64,000 bases of DNA, taken from NCBI GenBank assembly GCA_963802945.1, contig CAWDKY010000053.1:128001-192000 (forward strand), written 5' to 3'. Origin of the DNA: an uncultured delta proteobacterium. Lineage in GTDB: Bacteria; Desulfobacterota; RBG-13-43-22. The position numbers and the translations under genes were made by a program. Below are positions 9,328-21,260 of the stretch, in pieces (position 1 is the stretch's first letter; each line of letters opens with the position of its first letter). Below the pieces are notes generated by a model. The model was not told the DNA's origin, searched no databases, and saw only the letters and a list, made by a program, of their open reading frames with translations.

Positions 9328-9398
9328 GCATCTTCAGCAAGTATGAGACACAAAGGGCTTTTTTTTAGTTTGTAGATTTTAGTATTGGCCTGGGTGGA
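9328..9398 (+). repeat. About 70-bp direct repeat, copy B2
   Basis: Near-identical to 7808-7877. Confidence 0.9.
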
Positions 9399-9656
9399 GC
9401 GGCGGCTCTGCTGGGCCGATATGAAGAGGCCCGGAACCATTACCAGGAAGCCATCAAGGCCTGCACAGAGATGAAGTTTAGGCCGGAGCTGGCGCTGAGT
9501 CGCCTTGAGCTTGCGGAGTTGTTGCTGAAGCATTATCCGCAGGAAAAGTCGGAGGCTATCGCCGCCTTGGACTTCGTCATCCCCGAATTCCGTGACATGA
9601 AGATGAACACCTACCTGGAACGGGCGCTCAGACACAAAGAGATATTAAAGGCATAA
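9390..9656 (+). pseudogene. 5'-truncated TPR-like C-terminal fragment (copy A')
   Basis: LGGAAALLGRYEEARNHYQEAIKACTEMKFRPELALSRLELAELLLKHY...LERALRHKEILKA*; homology begins at the end of repeat B2. Confidence 0.7.
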
Positions 9657-9973
9657 GGCTTTGACTCTGCTTTTTTAATGCACATTTCAAAGGTGAAAGC
9701 TTCAAAAAATATTTTAAAGCTCTCCAGCAAATTCTATCCCGATCAAATAAGCTCCTAAAACTTATAAAATTGGTTATGCCCCTCTATTTTAAGGGTCTCT
9801 AGCCTTGACCTTTAGATTTTCCTAACTTTATTTCAGTCCAAGACATAAATTTAAAGTCCTATTAGTCGGGCGTGATATTTAAAAAAATCAATCGAAGTAA
9901 CTATTGACCAAATCTAACAAAAAACCTATAATGATGTTAAGGAGTTAATCTTGATTTTTTTAGAAAGGAACAG

Positions 9974-10390
9974 GTGAAGAGTTATCGTAAAGAATTTTGG
10001 ATTCAGGGGCCGACAAGCAGGGCCTTTATCAACATCACTTCCCAGGTGGAAGAATGCCTGAAAGAAAGCGGCATCCAGGAAGGACTGGTCCTGGTTAATG
10101 CCATGCACATCACCGCTTCTGTTTTTATCAACGACGACGAACCGGGACTTCATCAGGATTATGAGCGCTGGCTGGAAAAACTGGCCCCCCACGAACCGGT
10201 TTCGCAATACCACCATACTATAGGGGAAGATAACGCCGATGCCCACTTGAAACGTCAGGTCATGGGTCGGGAAGTGGTGGTTGCTGTGACCAAGGGGAAA
10301 TTGGATCTCGGCCCCTGGGAGCAGATCTTTTTTGGGGAGTTTAATGGAAAAAGGAAAAGAAGGATCTTAATCAAAATTATTGGAGAATAG
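9974..10390 (+). CDS. yjbQ: YjbQ/UPF0047 secondary thiamine-phosphate synthase family
   Basis: [36 protein letters not shown]. Confidence 0.9.
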   Translation: MKSYRKEFWIQGPTSRAFINITSQVEECLKESGIQEGLVLVNAMHITASVFINDDEPGLHQDYERWLEKLAPHEPVSQYHHTIGEDNADAHLKRQVMGREVVVAVTKGKLDLGPWEQIFFGEFNGKRKRRILIKIIGE

Positions 10391-10410
10391 AATCAAGGAG
10401 GGAAAACACC

Positions 10411-10740
10411 ATGAGCGATTCTCATTACCCCAAAGACGGGCCAAAAAATTTTCAAAAACTGATGGAACTGAACAAGGACCTCTTTACTTCTTTTTTGACC
10501 TTCAATCAGAAAGTCTTTGAGCAAGGAAAACTGTCTGCTAAAATGAAAGAACTGGTGGCCGTAGCCTGCGCCCACATTACCCGCTGCCCTTACTGCATTG
10601 ACGGCCACACCAAGATGGCCAAACAGATGGGGGCCACTGATGAAGAAATCGCCGAATGTATTTTTGTGGCTGTGGCCATGAACGCTGGGGCCTCTTTTGC
10701 CCATTCCTGTATTTCGATGGAAGCGCTGACGCAAAAATAG
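10411..10740 (+). CDS. Carboxymuconolactone decarboxylase/AhpD-like protein
   Basis: KELVAVACAH..RCPYCIDGH. Confidence 0.9.
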   Translation: MSDSHYPKDGPKNFQKLMELNKDLFTSFLTFNQKVFEQGKLSAKMKELVAVACAHITRCPYCIDGHTKMAKQMGATDEEIAECIFVAVAMNAGASFAHSCISMEALTQK

Positions 10741-10807
10741 CATTCGTCGTTCAGTGTTCGGCGAAATCCGTCTATGCGCCTGGCTAAAAAAGTAAAAGGA
10801 AAGTGCT

Positions 10808-11422
10808 ATGCCCAAACAATGGAAATGCACGGTCTGCGGCTATATCCATGAAGGGAAGACACCGCCTGATGTTTGCCCGGTCTGCGGGGCCATCAAGTAT
10901 CAGTTTATCCTCTATGAAGATCTGCCTAAAGATCTGGAAAAACGACTTAGAGAGGCCTTTGCCGGCGAATCCAAGGCCTATGTCCGAAACACCGCCTTTG
11001 CCCATCAGGCCGAGAAAGAGGGCTATCCCCAGATCGCCCGACTCTTCCGGGCCGTGGCCGAGGCCGAAAAGGTCCATGCCGAGGAATACCTCAAATATCT
11101 GGAAGGGATGGTCGGAAAAACGGAAGACAACCTGAAGGCTGCCTTTGAAAATGAGCTCCGGGCCAAGGCCGAGTTTTACCCGGAATTCATCAAAGAGGCC
11201 TTTGCCTTCAAACGGGAGGATGTAGCCTGGAGCTTTATTCGTTCCCGCGATGTGGAGGAACGACATGCCGTATTATACAAAGACGCACTGACGGCCATGT
11301 TGTCGGACAAAGCCTTCCCCTACTACGTCTGCCCGGTCTGCGGTTATGTTTTTGAAGATAATTTGCCCGACCAGTGTCCGGTCTGCGGGGCCAAAAAAGA
11401 AAAATTCAAAAAGATTGTATAA
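10808..11422 (+). CDS. Rubrerythrin with N- and C-terminal rubredoxin-like domains
   Basis: WKCTVCGY..CPVCG, AFAGES, AEAEKVHA, VEERHA, YVCPVCGY...CPVCG. Confidence 0.9.
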   Translation: MPKQWKCTVCGYIHEGKTPPDVCPVCGAIKYQFILYEDLPKDLEKRLREAFAGESKAYVRNTAFAHQAEKEGYPQIARLFRAVAEAEKVHAEEYLKYLEGMVGKTEDNLKAAFENELRAKAEFYPEFIKEAFAFKREDVAWSFIRSRDVEERHAVLYKDALTAMLSDKAFPYYVCPVCGYVFEDNLPDQCPVCGAKKEKFKKIV

Positions 11423-11534
11423 CCCGTCCAATGGTCAGGGCAGTAATGTCAAAAAATTTGTTTCCAGAAAAGGTCACTAAAGCGCTTCCATTTTTCTTTC
11501 AGTTGAGAGGCAGGGGCTACGGATACCAGTAGGC

Positions 11535-11743
11535 TCAATCAACCGCCAAAATCACATTCGACGCCGTGATAACCGCATAAACCTTCTTGCCTTTTTTGAG
11601 GCCCAGGTTCTCAGCCGATGACTTGGTAATGATGGAAACAATCTCATTGCCGTTCGGTAAGCCGATCAGCTCCTCTGAGTTGACTGCCCAAGAGTCACCT
11701 GCTTTACCTTACCCTTTAACACATTTCGTGCGCTTAATTTCAT
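11535..11743 (-). CDS. Molybdate/tungstate-binding Mop (molbindin, TOBE) protein with one frameshift; absent from the ORF track
   Basis: GAGGAG RBS, then MKLSARNVLKGKVKQVTLG / AVNSE...IVSIITKSSAENLGLKKGKKVYAVITASNVILAVD*; 209 bp, one base missing in a G run near 11688. Confidence 0.85.
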
Positions 11744-11840
11744 CTCCTCACACCGCCCAACCGCCTACCTCAGGCACGGGCAAAAAAACAAGACTATGTT
11801 TTAAAGGAAAACGGTATTTTCATTAAAACACTTAATAATA

Positions 11841-11869
11841 TTGACAAGTATATTATTACAGAATATAAA
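11841..11869 (+). promoter_or_regulatory. Sigma70-like promoter for ALDH-ADH genes
   Basis: TTGACA -17 bp- TATAAA. Confidence 0.5.
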
Positions 11870-12016
11870 ATATAGTTAAAAGAATTCTACCCAAAATCAA
11901 CCTTATAAAATTACATTTTTCATTTGCAGTTGTCGTTTTCCCACTAAAGTAAAAATTATCTGCCATTTTTTGCTATAAAAAAAGATTCATTGAAGAAAAA
12001 TAACGAATAGGAGGTT

Positions 12017-14683
<2,667 letters not shown>

Positions 14684-14764
14684 AAAAGGATTGAAAAAAA
14701 CTGATTTTCAAAAAAAATGTTTAATAAGGATAACAGTTAATAGGATACGGAAAAACTCTTTTTT

Positions 14765-14904
14765 ACAGGTTGCTCAAAGAGGTTTAGATACAAGACGTCC
14801 CGAAATCCCGAGGAATGAGTCGTACACAGAAGTACGCCGCAATGACGAGGGATGAGGGCAATCCCGCCGTTGGCGGGATAGATAAATCTTTTTCGGCAAC
14901 CTGT
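14765..14904. mobile_element. MITE-like element with terminal inverted repeats
   Basis: ACAGGTTGC...GCAACCTGT ends with internal small hairpins (GTAC...GTACGCCGCAATGACGAGGGAT; ATCCCGCC-GGCGGGAT). Confidence 0.65.
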
Positions 14905-14920
14905 TAACTAGGAGGGATAA

Positions 14921-15253
14921 TTGGATCCCATCATCGTTCTGGAGCCGGATGCGGATCAGGCCATAAGATTGTTTTTCCGCGAACAAGGATTCCAAAAACC
15001 CTTGCGTATCGATCTCCAATCCAGCGGGTGTTGCGATCCATCCTTAGGCCTGAGGGTGGACGCCATCCGCGAATTCGATCTAGTACAAGAGCTTAATGGA
15101 TTGACTTTCGTCATCAGTCCTGAGACTTTTCATCTTGTGGGTAATATCAGGATATCCTATGAAGACAGCGCCGACAAAAAAGGTTTTATGATCCTTTCAG
15201 AAAAGCCTGTAAGCGAGTGGGACGGATTCGGGGTCAGTGACATTAGACTCTGA
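14921..15253 (+). CDS. HesB/IscA-like small protein
   Basis: PLRIDL..SGCCDPSLGL.VD.....D......LTFVI; TTG start after GGAGGG. Confidence 0.7.
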   Translation: MDPIIVLEPDADQAIRLFFREQGFQKPLRIDLQSSGCCDPSLGLRVDAIREFDLVQELNGLTFVISPETFHLVGNIRISYEDSADKKGFMILSEKPVSEWDGFGVSDIRL

Positions 15254-15361
15254 CTCGATTTCCTGGGAGCAGAAGAGAAAAACCATCCAAGCGAAATGCA
15301 CTTATCAGCTTCGCACTAAAAAATTCTATTACAGAAGACCAACCAATAGGAGGGGACTATT

Positions 15362-18013
15362 ATGGACCATTATAAACTCTTTATTGATGGGGAGTTTGTG
15401 GATGCGCAGGATGGCAGGAGTTTTGAATCGATCGATCCGGGCACTGAAATGCCAATCGCAACGGTCGCCCAGGCAGGGTTGGCCGATGCCGAAAAGGCTA
15501 TAGCTGCGGCACGCAAATCTTTCGACAGCGGGGTTTGGAGCGGCCTGACGACTGAAGCAAGAGCGGAAAAGATATACCATTTTGCCAATCAGGTTACGTT
15601 ACAGGGTATGCGCCTGATATTTACTGAATCTATGGATTCCGGGCAGCCGATTCGTCTGGCCATGGCAGCCGCTATAACCGGCCCTCCTCTGCTGAACAAC
15701 CTCGCTGCCTATGCTAAAAATAAATTTCCCTGGGAGGAAGAAATTCCTTATTCCGGGAACCCTTTTGCCCCAGGGCGTGATTTTATCCGCCGAGAACCGA
15801 TCGGTGTATGTGTTGGGATTATCCCCTGGAATTTTCCTCTGTACATGGCCTTCTGGAAGATCGCCCACGCCATCGTTATGGGAAACTCGATCGTCTTAAA
15901 ACCCGCTTCGGCCACACCCCTCAGCGTACTTATTTTGGCAGAAGCGGCCAAAGCGGCCGGTATTCCTAAAGGGGTTATCAACATTATTCCCGGACCGGGT
16001 GGAGAATTGGGTAAAATATTATGTACCCATCCCAGCGTGGATAAGATCGCCTTTACCGGCAGTACGGAGGTCGGCAGGGAAATCATGAAAATGGCTTCCG
16101 AAACGGTTAAAAAAGTAACCCTCGAACTGGGCGGCAAGTCGGCCAACATTATCCTTGATGATGCCGATTTGGATTTGGCTGCTAATGGTGCTGTTTTAGC
16201 AACGTTTTTGCATCAAGGGCAGATATGTGAATCCGGAACCAGAATCTTGGTTTCGGCTAAAATCTATGATGAATTCCTTGATAAGCTGAAAAAAAGAACC
16301 GAGGAGCTTAGAGTAGGTTATCAAGTCCTTCCGACATCTCATCTGGGACCGCTGGTAAATAAAGCCCAATTAGCGACCACGGAGAAATATGTCAAGCTGG
16401 GCCTGGAAGAAGGGGCGGAGCTGGTTACCGGTGGGAAGCGTGTCGAGGTTGAAGGCATAAAAGGAGGGTTCTATTACGCTCCGACCCTGTTCTCCAAGGT
16501 GAACAATAAAATGCGCATTGCCCAGGAAGAGATTTTCGGCCCCGTAGCCTGCGTTATAAAAGTTAACAGCGACGAAGAAGCCGTCGAAGTAGCCAATGAC
16601 TCTGTCTATGGTCTTGCGGGGGGTATTTTTTCTACCAACCACACTCGGGCCCAGCGCCTGGTACGATCCATACGCACTGGAACCATGTGGATCAATAACT
16701 ACCACGTCTTTGGCGACTTCTGTCCCTTCGGCGGATATAAACAGTCCGGTTTTGGACGGGAATTTGGTGAAAGCGGTTTAGCCGAATATACACAAATTAA
16801 GAGGGTGCATGTGGCTTATTTCCCGGACAATATCAGAATCGGGCTCCTTTCCGATATCCGGAATCCATCATCGTTTCAATACAATTGCCCGACAAACGTT
16901 ATATCCGGCTATGGAAGTCTCTCGGCCATCTATAAGGAAATTGTCAATCTGGGCGTTAAAAGGGCCCTGGTTTTAACGGATCCCGGTGTGAGAAAAGCCG
17001 GACTCACACAACTGGTCCAGGATGCGCTGGTGGAATTTTGCGTAGGCGTCTTCGATGATATTCCCCAGGATACCGATCTGGATACGGTTGACGCCGCGGT
17101 GGCCATGGCCCGAGAACTCAGGGCGGATTGTATTGTTAGTGTCGGCGGCGGGAGCGTTATTGATACTGGCAAAGCGGTATGTGTGACTTTAAAGAACGGC
17201 GGCCGGGCAATGAACTATATTGCCTTCTCCCGGCTCCAGGAACCACAGACGCCCCACATTGTTATTCCCACCACCTCAGGAACAGGAAGTGAAGTGACCA
17301 GCGTGGCGGTCATAAAAAGCAAGGATGTCGGCCGTAAGGTCTATATAGCTGATGTACGGATCGTGCCCAATACGGCTATCCTTGATCCGAGATTCACCGT
17401 GAGTCTGCCTCCGGGATTAACTGCGACAACGGCTATGGATGCTATGACGCATGCCGTTGAAGCCATGACCAGTATTAGATCCAATCATATTTGTGACGGC
17501 CAGGCTATGCAGGCGATCAGGCTTATTAAGGAAAATCTACCGATCGCTGTTACTAATGGCAAGAATAAAACTGCCCGTCAGAACATGCAGATCGCCGCCA
17601 CTATGGCCGGATGGGCCTTTACCGTCGCCCAGGTAGGTTTGGCCCATGCTATGGCCCATACCTTAGGGGCTTTAAACAATATTCCCCATGGAGCGGCCTG
17701 CGGAATTGTCCTTCCGAAGGTCATGCGGTATAATGCCGAATTTGCTGCCGATAAGCTGGCTATGGTAGCTCAGGCTTTGGGGATCATGACCCCCGATATG
17801 GATAAAAAAACAGCGGCTATGGCCGCCGCCGCCGACATAGAATCCTTGATGAAAAAAGTAGGGCATCCCCTGAGACTTCGGGATATGGGCGTGCTGGAAA
17901 ATCAACTCGATATGTGCGCCTTACACGCTATGGGCGATATGGCCTCGATGTTTAATGCCCGGCCGGTAGGCGGGCCGCAGGAAATTATAGACCTCTATAA
18001 AGAAGCTTATTGA
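15362..18013 (+). CDS. Fusion of non-acylating aldehyde dehydrogenase and iron-containing alcohol dehydrogenase (copy 2)
   Basis: Same motifs as copy 1 (GQICESG, LELGGKS, DAMTHAVE, GLAHAMAH); colinear paralog. Confidence 0.92.
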   Translation: MDHYKLFIDGEFVDAQDGRSFESIDPGTEMPIATVAQAGLADAEKAIAAARKSFDSGVWSGLTTEARAEKIYHFANQVTLQGMRLIFTESMDSGQPIRLAMAAAITGPPLLNNLAAYAKNKFPWEEEIPYSGNPFAPGRDFIRREPIGVCVGIIPWNFPLYMAFWKIAHAIVMGNSIVLKPASATPLSVLILAEAAKAAGIPKGVINIIPGPGGELGKILCTHPSVDKIAFTGSTEVGREIMKMASETVKKVTLELGGKSANIILDDADLDLAANGAVLATFLHQGQICESGTRILVSAKIYDEFLDKLKKRTEELRVGYQVLPTSHLGPLVNKAQLATTEKYVKLGLEEGAELVTGGKRVEVEGIKGGFYYAPTLFSKVNNKMRIAQEEIFGPVACVIKVNSDEEAVEVANDSVYGLAGGIFSTNHTRAQRLVRSIRTGTMWINNYHVFGDFCPFGGYKQSGFGREFGESGLAEYTQIKRVHVAYFPDNIRIGLLSDIRNPSSFQYNCPTNVISGYGSLSAIYKEIVNLGVKRALVLTDPGVRKAGLTQLVQDALVEFCVGVFDDIPQDTDLDTVDAAVAMARELRADCIVSVGGGSVIDTGKAVCVTLKNGGRAMNYIAFSRLQEPQTPHIVIPTTSGTGSEVTSVAVIKSKDVGRKVYIADVRIVPNTAILDPRFTVSLPPGLTATTAMDAMTHAVEAMTSIRSNHICDGQAMQAIRLIKENLPIAVTNGKNKTARQNMQIAATMAGWAFTVAQVGLAHAMAHTLGALNNIPHGAACGIVLPKVMRYNAEFAADKLAMVAQALGIMTPDMDKKTAAMAAAADIESLMKKVGHPLRLRDMGVLENQLDMCALHAMGDMASMFNARPVGGPQEIIDLYKEAY

Positions 18014-18034
18014 AAAGATTAATTTTATGGACTT

Positions 18035-18082
18035 GCCAGGAAGTTTTTTCTTGCACCTAAGACTCCAGAAAAACTTCCTGGC
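18035..18082. terminator. Inverted repeat between convergent genes
   Basis: GCCAGGAAGTTTTT ... AAAAACTTCCTGGC. Confidence 0.5.
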
Positions 18083-18233
18083 TTCCAAGCTGTTTATTTC
18101 TTTTTTATCTTTTTAACACCTCTTTTATTCCCCTGCTTCTTTTCCCTCAACATTTTCGATATGTCTTTTTGTCTTCTTGAAATCTTCTCTTTAGACATTG
18201 CGTTTTCCCCTTGTCATAAAAATTCTTGTATCT

Positions 18234-20921
18234 TTATTTTAAATCCGCCCAGTTGTTTCCCTGAGAAAGTTGCACTACCAACGGAACCCGGAGGGTGAGG
18301 ACCCCTTCCATGATTTCCCGGACCAGAGTCGAAAGACGAATGGATTCCTTTTCCGGGTATTCAAAGACCAGTTCATCGTGGACCTGGAGGAGCATCCGCG
18401 ATTCCATTTTTTCCCGGGTCAGGGTTTCATGAATACGGATCATGGCTATTTTGATCAGATCGGCGGCCGTGCCTTGAATCGGGGTATTGATGGCTGTTCT
18501 TTCGGCAAACTGCCTGACTGCCCGGTTGGAACTGTTGATATCATCCATATGCCGGCGGCGGTTGAACAGGGTGGTCACCATTTGCGTCCGACGTGCCTCG
18601 GCCAGAGTGTCTTCAATGTACTGCTTTACTTTCCCGTACTTTAAAAAATACTGGTCAATCATAACCCGAGCCTCCCGGTTGTTGATCCCCAGTTCCCTGG
18701 AAAGACCGAAGGCACTCATCCCGTAAAGGATGCCGAAATTGATCACCTTGGCCTGACGCCGCATTTCTGAGGTGACTTCCTGAGGTGTGCATCCGAACAA
18801 TTCGGCCGCAGTACGGCTGTGAATGTCCTGTCCCTCTTGAAAGGCTTCAATCAAAGTTTTGTCTTCACTGTAATGAGCCAGGATGCGAAGCTCGATCTGC
18901 GAATAGTCAGCGGAAAGCATCTTCCAGCCCGCCTCCGGGATAAAGGCCTGACGGATCCGCCGGCCTTCTTCAGTCCGGACAGGAATGTTCTGCAGATTGG
19001 GTTCGCTGCTGCTCAAACGCCCGGTAGCGGTAATAGTTTGATTGAAAGAGGTATGCAGACGCCGTGTTTTGGGCAAGATCAGTTTGGGCAGGGCATCGAT
19101 GTAAGTGGATTTGAGTTTGCTCAAGGAGCGATAGTTCCAAACCTCGGCCGCCAGAGGGTGGTGGAGGGACAGATCCTTGAGGACTTCGGCATCGGTGGAA
19201 AAGCCGGTTCGGCCCTTGGTCTTTTTCCCTTGGGGGAGCTTTAGTTTTTCAAAAAGGATATGGCCCAACTGCTGCGGTGAATTGAGGTTGAACCGCTCTC
19301 CGGCCATTTGATAAATCTGTTCTTCCGCTTGGAACAGACGAACATCCATCTCTTTGGAAAAATCAGCCAAGGCCTGGGCATCCAAGCGGACCCCGTGCAT
19401 CTCCATTTCCGCCAGGACGGGCATCAGAGGCATCTCCATTTGTTGAAAGAGCTCATCCAGCCCTTCTGTTTCAAGTAATGGACGCAGTCTTCCTGCAGCG
19501 GCCAAGGTGGATTCAGCGTCTTCAGCCCCATAGGCGATGGCCTCATCAACAGGAACCTCACAAAAATTCTTGGCCTTGGCCCCAGTTCCGACCACTTCTT
19601 TATAAGTGGTCAAACGACGATTTAAATAATCCAGAGCGATCTGATTCAGGCTGTGGGTCCTACGTGAAGGGTTCAGGAGATAAGAGGCGATCATGGTATC
19701 GAAGGCTTTGCCTTTATAAGCCAGCCCGTACCGTTTGAGAATGATCCATTCATACTTGATGTTCTGACCGATCTTTTCTATACCTGGGTCTTCCAGAACC
19801 CCTTTCAATAATTGCAAAACCTCGGATAAAGGAAGCTGAGTCAGGACGCCCAGATAGGTATGGCCCACCGGGATATAAACCGCCCTGCCCTCCTCATAGG
19901 AGAGTCCGATCCCCACGATTTCGGCCTTCATGGGGTCTTCGGAGGTGGTCTCCAGGTCCAGCGAAACCCGTCCGGCCTTTTTGATTTTTTCAACAAAAGA
20001 GACCAGCTCATTCCAATCCGTAATACCTTTGTAGTCCATTAAAACAGGTTTTTTTGCCGCCTCCCCTCCCCCCAGGTCCTCAATAAATTTTTTGAAACCC
20101 AGTTCCTGAAAAAGTGCTTTCAGACGAGGTGTGTCCTTAGGTTGGATTTTGAGATCTGTTGCCGAAAGATCCAGAGGGACCTTGCTGTCCAAAGTGACCA
20201 GGGTGCGGGAAAGCAGGGCCTGTTCTTTGTATTGAAGCAATTTCTCTTTTAATTTGGGTGGGGTGACGGGGGTGGCTTCGTCCAGAATATTTTCTAATGA
20301 TCCATGGGCCTGAATCAGCTTAACGGCGGTTTTTTCCCCGATACCGGGAACACCGGGGACGTTGTCACTGCTGTCTCCAGCCAGGCCCATGATATCTACT
20401 ATTCTTTCCGGCCTGGTCCCGAATCGTTCCCGAACCGTCTCCAAATCAAAGACCTGATCCTTCAAGGTATCCCACATCCGGATATGGGGAGAGATCATCT
20501 GCATCAAATCCTTGTCTCCGGAGACCATGACCACCTCAAACCCTTTAGCCTCAGCCTCTTTGGCCAGCGTGGCGATGATATCATCGGCCTCTACACCCTG
20601 TTTTTCCAGAATCGGCAGGCCATAACAGCGGCTGACTTCTTTGATGTAAGGGATCTGGACGATAAGGTCATCGGGCATGGACGGCCTATGGGCTTTGTAT
20701 TCGTCATACATTTCATGCCGGAAGGTCGGCCCTTTGGCATCAAAGACCATGGCCAGAAAGTCAGGTTTTTCCTGTTCGATGATCTTTCGAATCATCTGAA
20801 CAAATCCGAAGACGGCCTGGGTGGGCATCCCCTTAGAATTGGAAAGGCGGCCTATGGCAAAAAAGGCCCGATAAATATAGGAGCTGCCGTCGATCAGATA
20901 GAGCTTGGGTCGGTCGGTCAT
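18234..20921 (-). CDS. polA: DNA polymerase I
   Basis: LIDGSSYIYRAF 5'-3' exonuclease, DLETT 3'-5' exonuclease, TATGRLSSSEPNLQNIP, ADYSQIELR, LLQVHDEL. Confidence 0.98.
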   Translation of the reverse strand: MTDRPKLYLIDGSSYIYRAFFAIGRLSNSKGMPTQAVFGFVQMIRKIIEQEKPDFLAMVFDAKGPTFRHEMYDEYKAHRPSMPDDLIVQIPYIKEVSRCYGLPILEKQGVEADDIIATLAKEAEAKGFEVVMVSGDKDLMQMISPHIRMWDTLKDQVFDLETVRERFGTRPERIVDIMGLAGDSSDNVPGVPGIGEKTAVKLIQAHGSLENILDEATPVTPPKLKEKLLQYKEQALLSRTLVTLDSKVPLDLSATDLKIQPKDTPRLKALFQELGFKKFIEDLGGGEAAKKPVLMDYKGITDWNELVSFVEKIKKAGRVSLDLETTSEDPMKAEIVGIGLSYEEGRAVYIPVGHTYLGVLTQLPLSEVLQLLKGVLEDPGIEKIGQNIKYEWIILKRYGLAYKGKAFDTMIASYLLNPSRRTHSLNQIALDYLNRRLTTYKEVVGTGAKAKNFCEVPVDEAIAYGAEDAESTLAAAGRLRPLLETEGLDELFQQMEMPLMPVLAEMEMHGVRLDAQALADFSKEMDVRLFQAEEQIYQMAGERFNLNSPQQLGHILFEKLKLPQGKKTKGRTGFSTDAEVLKDLSLHHPLAAEVWNYRSLSKLKSTYIDALPKLILPKTRRLHTSFNQTITATGRLSSSEPNLQNIPVRTEEGRRIRQAFIPEAGWKMLSADYSQIELRILAHYSEDKTLIEAFQEGQDIHSRTAAELFGCTPQEVTSEMRRQAKVINFGILYGMSAFGLSRELGINNREARVMIDQYFLKYGKVKQYIEDTLAEARRTQMVTTLFNRRRHMDDINSSNRAVRQFAERTAINTPIQGTAADLIKIAMIRIHETLTREKMESRMLLQVHDELVFEYPEKESIRLSTLVREIMEGVLTLRVPLVVQLSQGNNWADLK

Positions 20922-21260
20922 GAAAATTTTTCCTTTTGAAAAATTCGGCCGGTTCGGGGTCGTCTTTCCAGGTTATGAAATAATTGTATTTTAGCTTTTT
21001 TGGGTTTATAATGAAAGTGTTAAATCTTTAAAGACAGATGAGCAGTGAAGGGGACAATTTGAGCGTAAGTAAAATGGTCAAACCATGTAAAATAACTGAA
21101 CAGCCCAATGATTTCCTTTTTGGCAATCGAAATCTCATGAGGAACAGATTGATGTCTCAAAACAAATTCGTCAACAATACAACCAATGAAGATATCAGGC
21201 TGAGTTAAGATTTCAAAGAGTTTATAAAATTAAACCAATAGTTAAAAAGGAGGAATGGCC

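Noticed and set aside
15020-15040. Selenocysteine in the HesB-like protein
   Set aside because: Codons are TGT TGC; there is no in-frame TGA.
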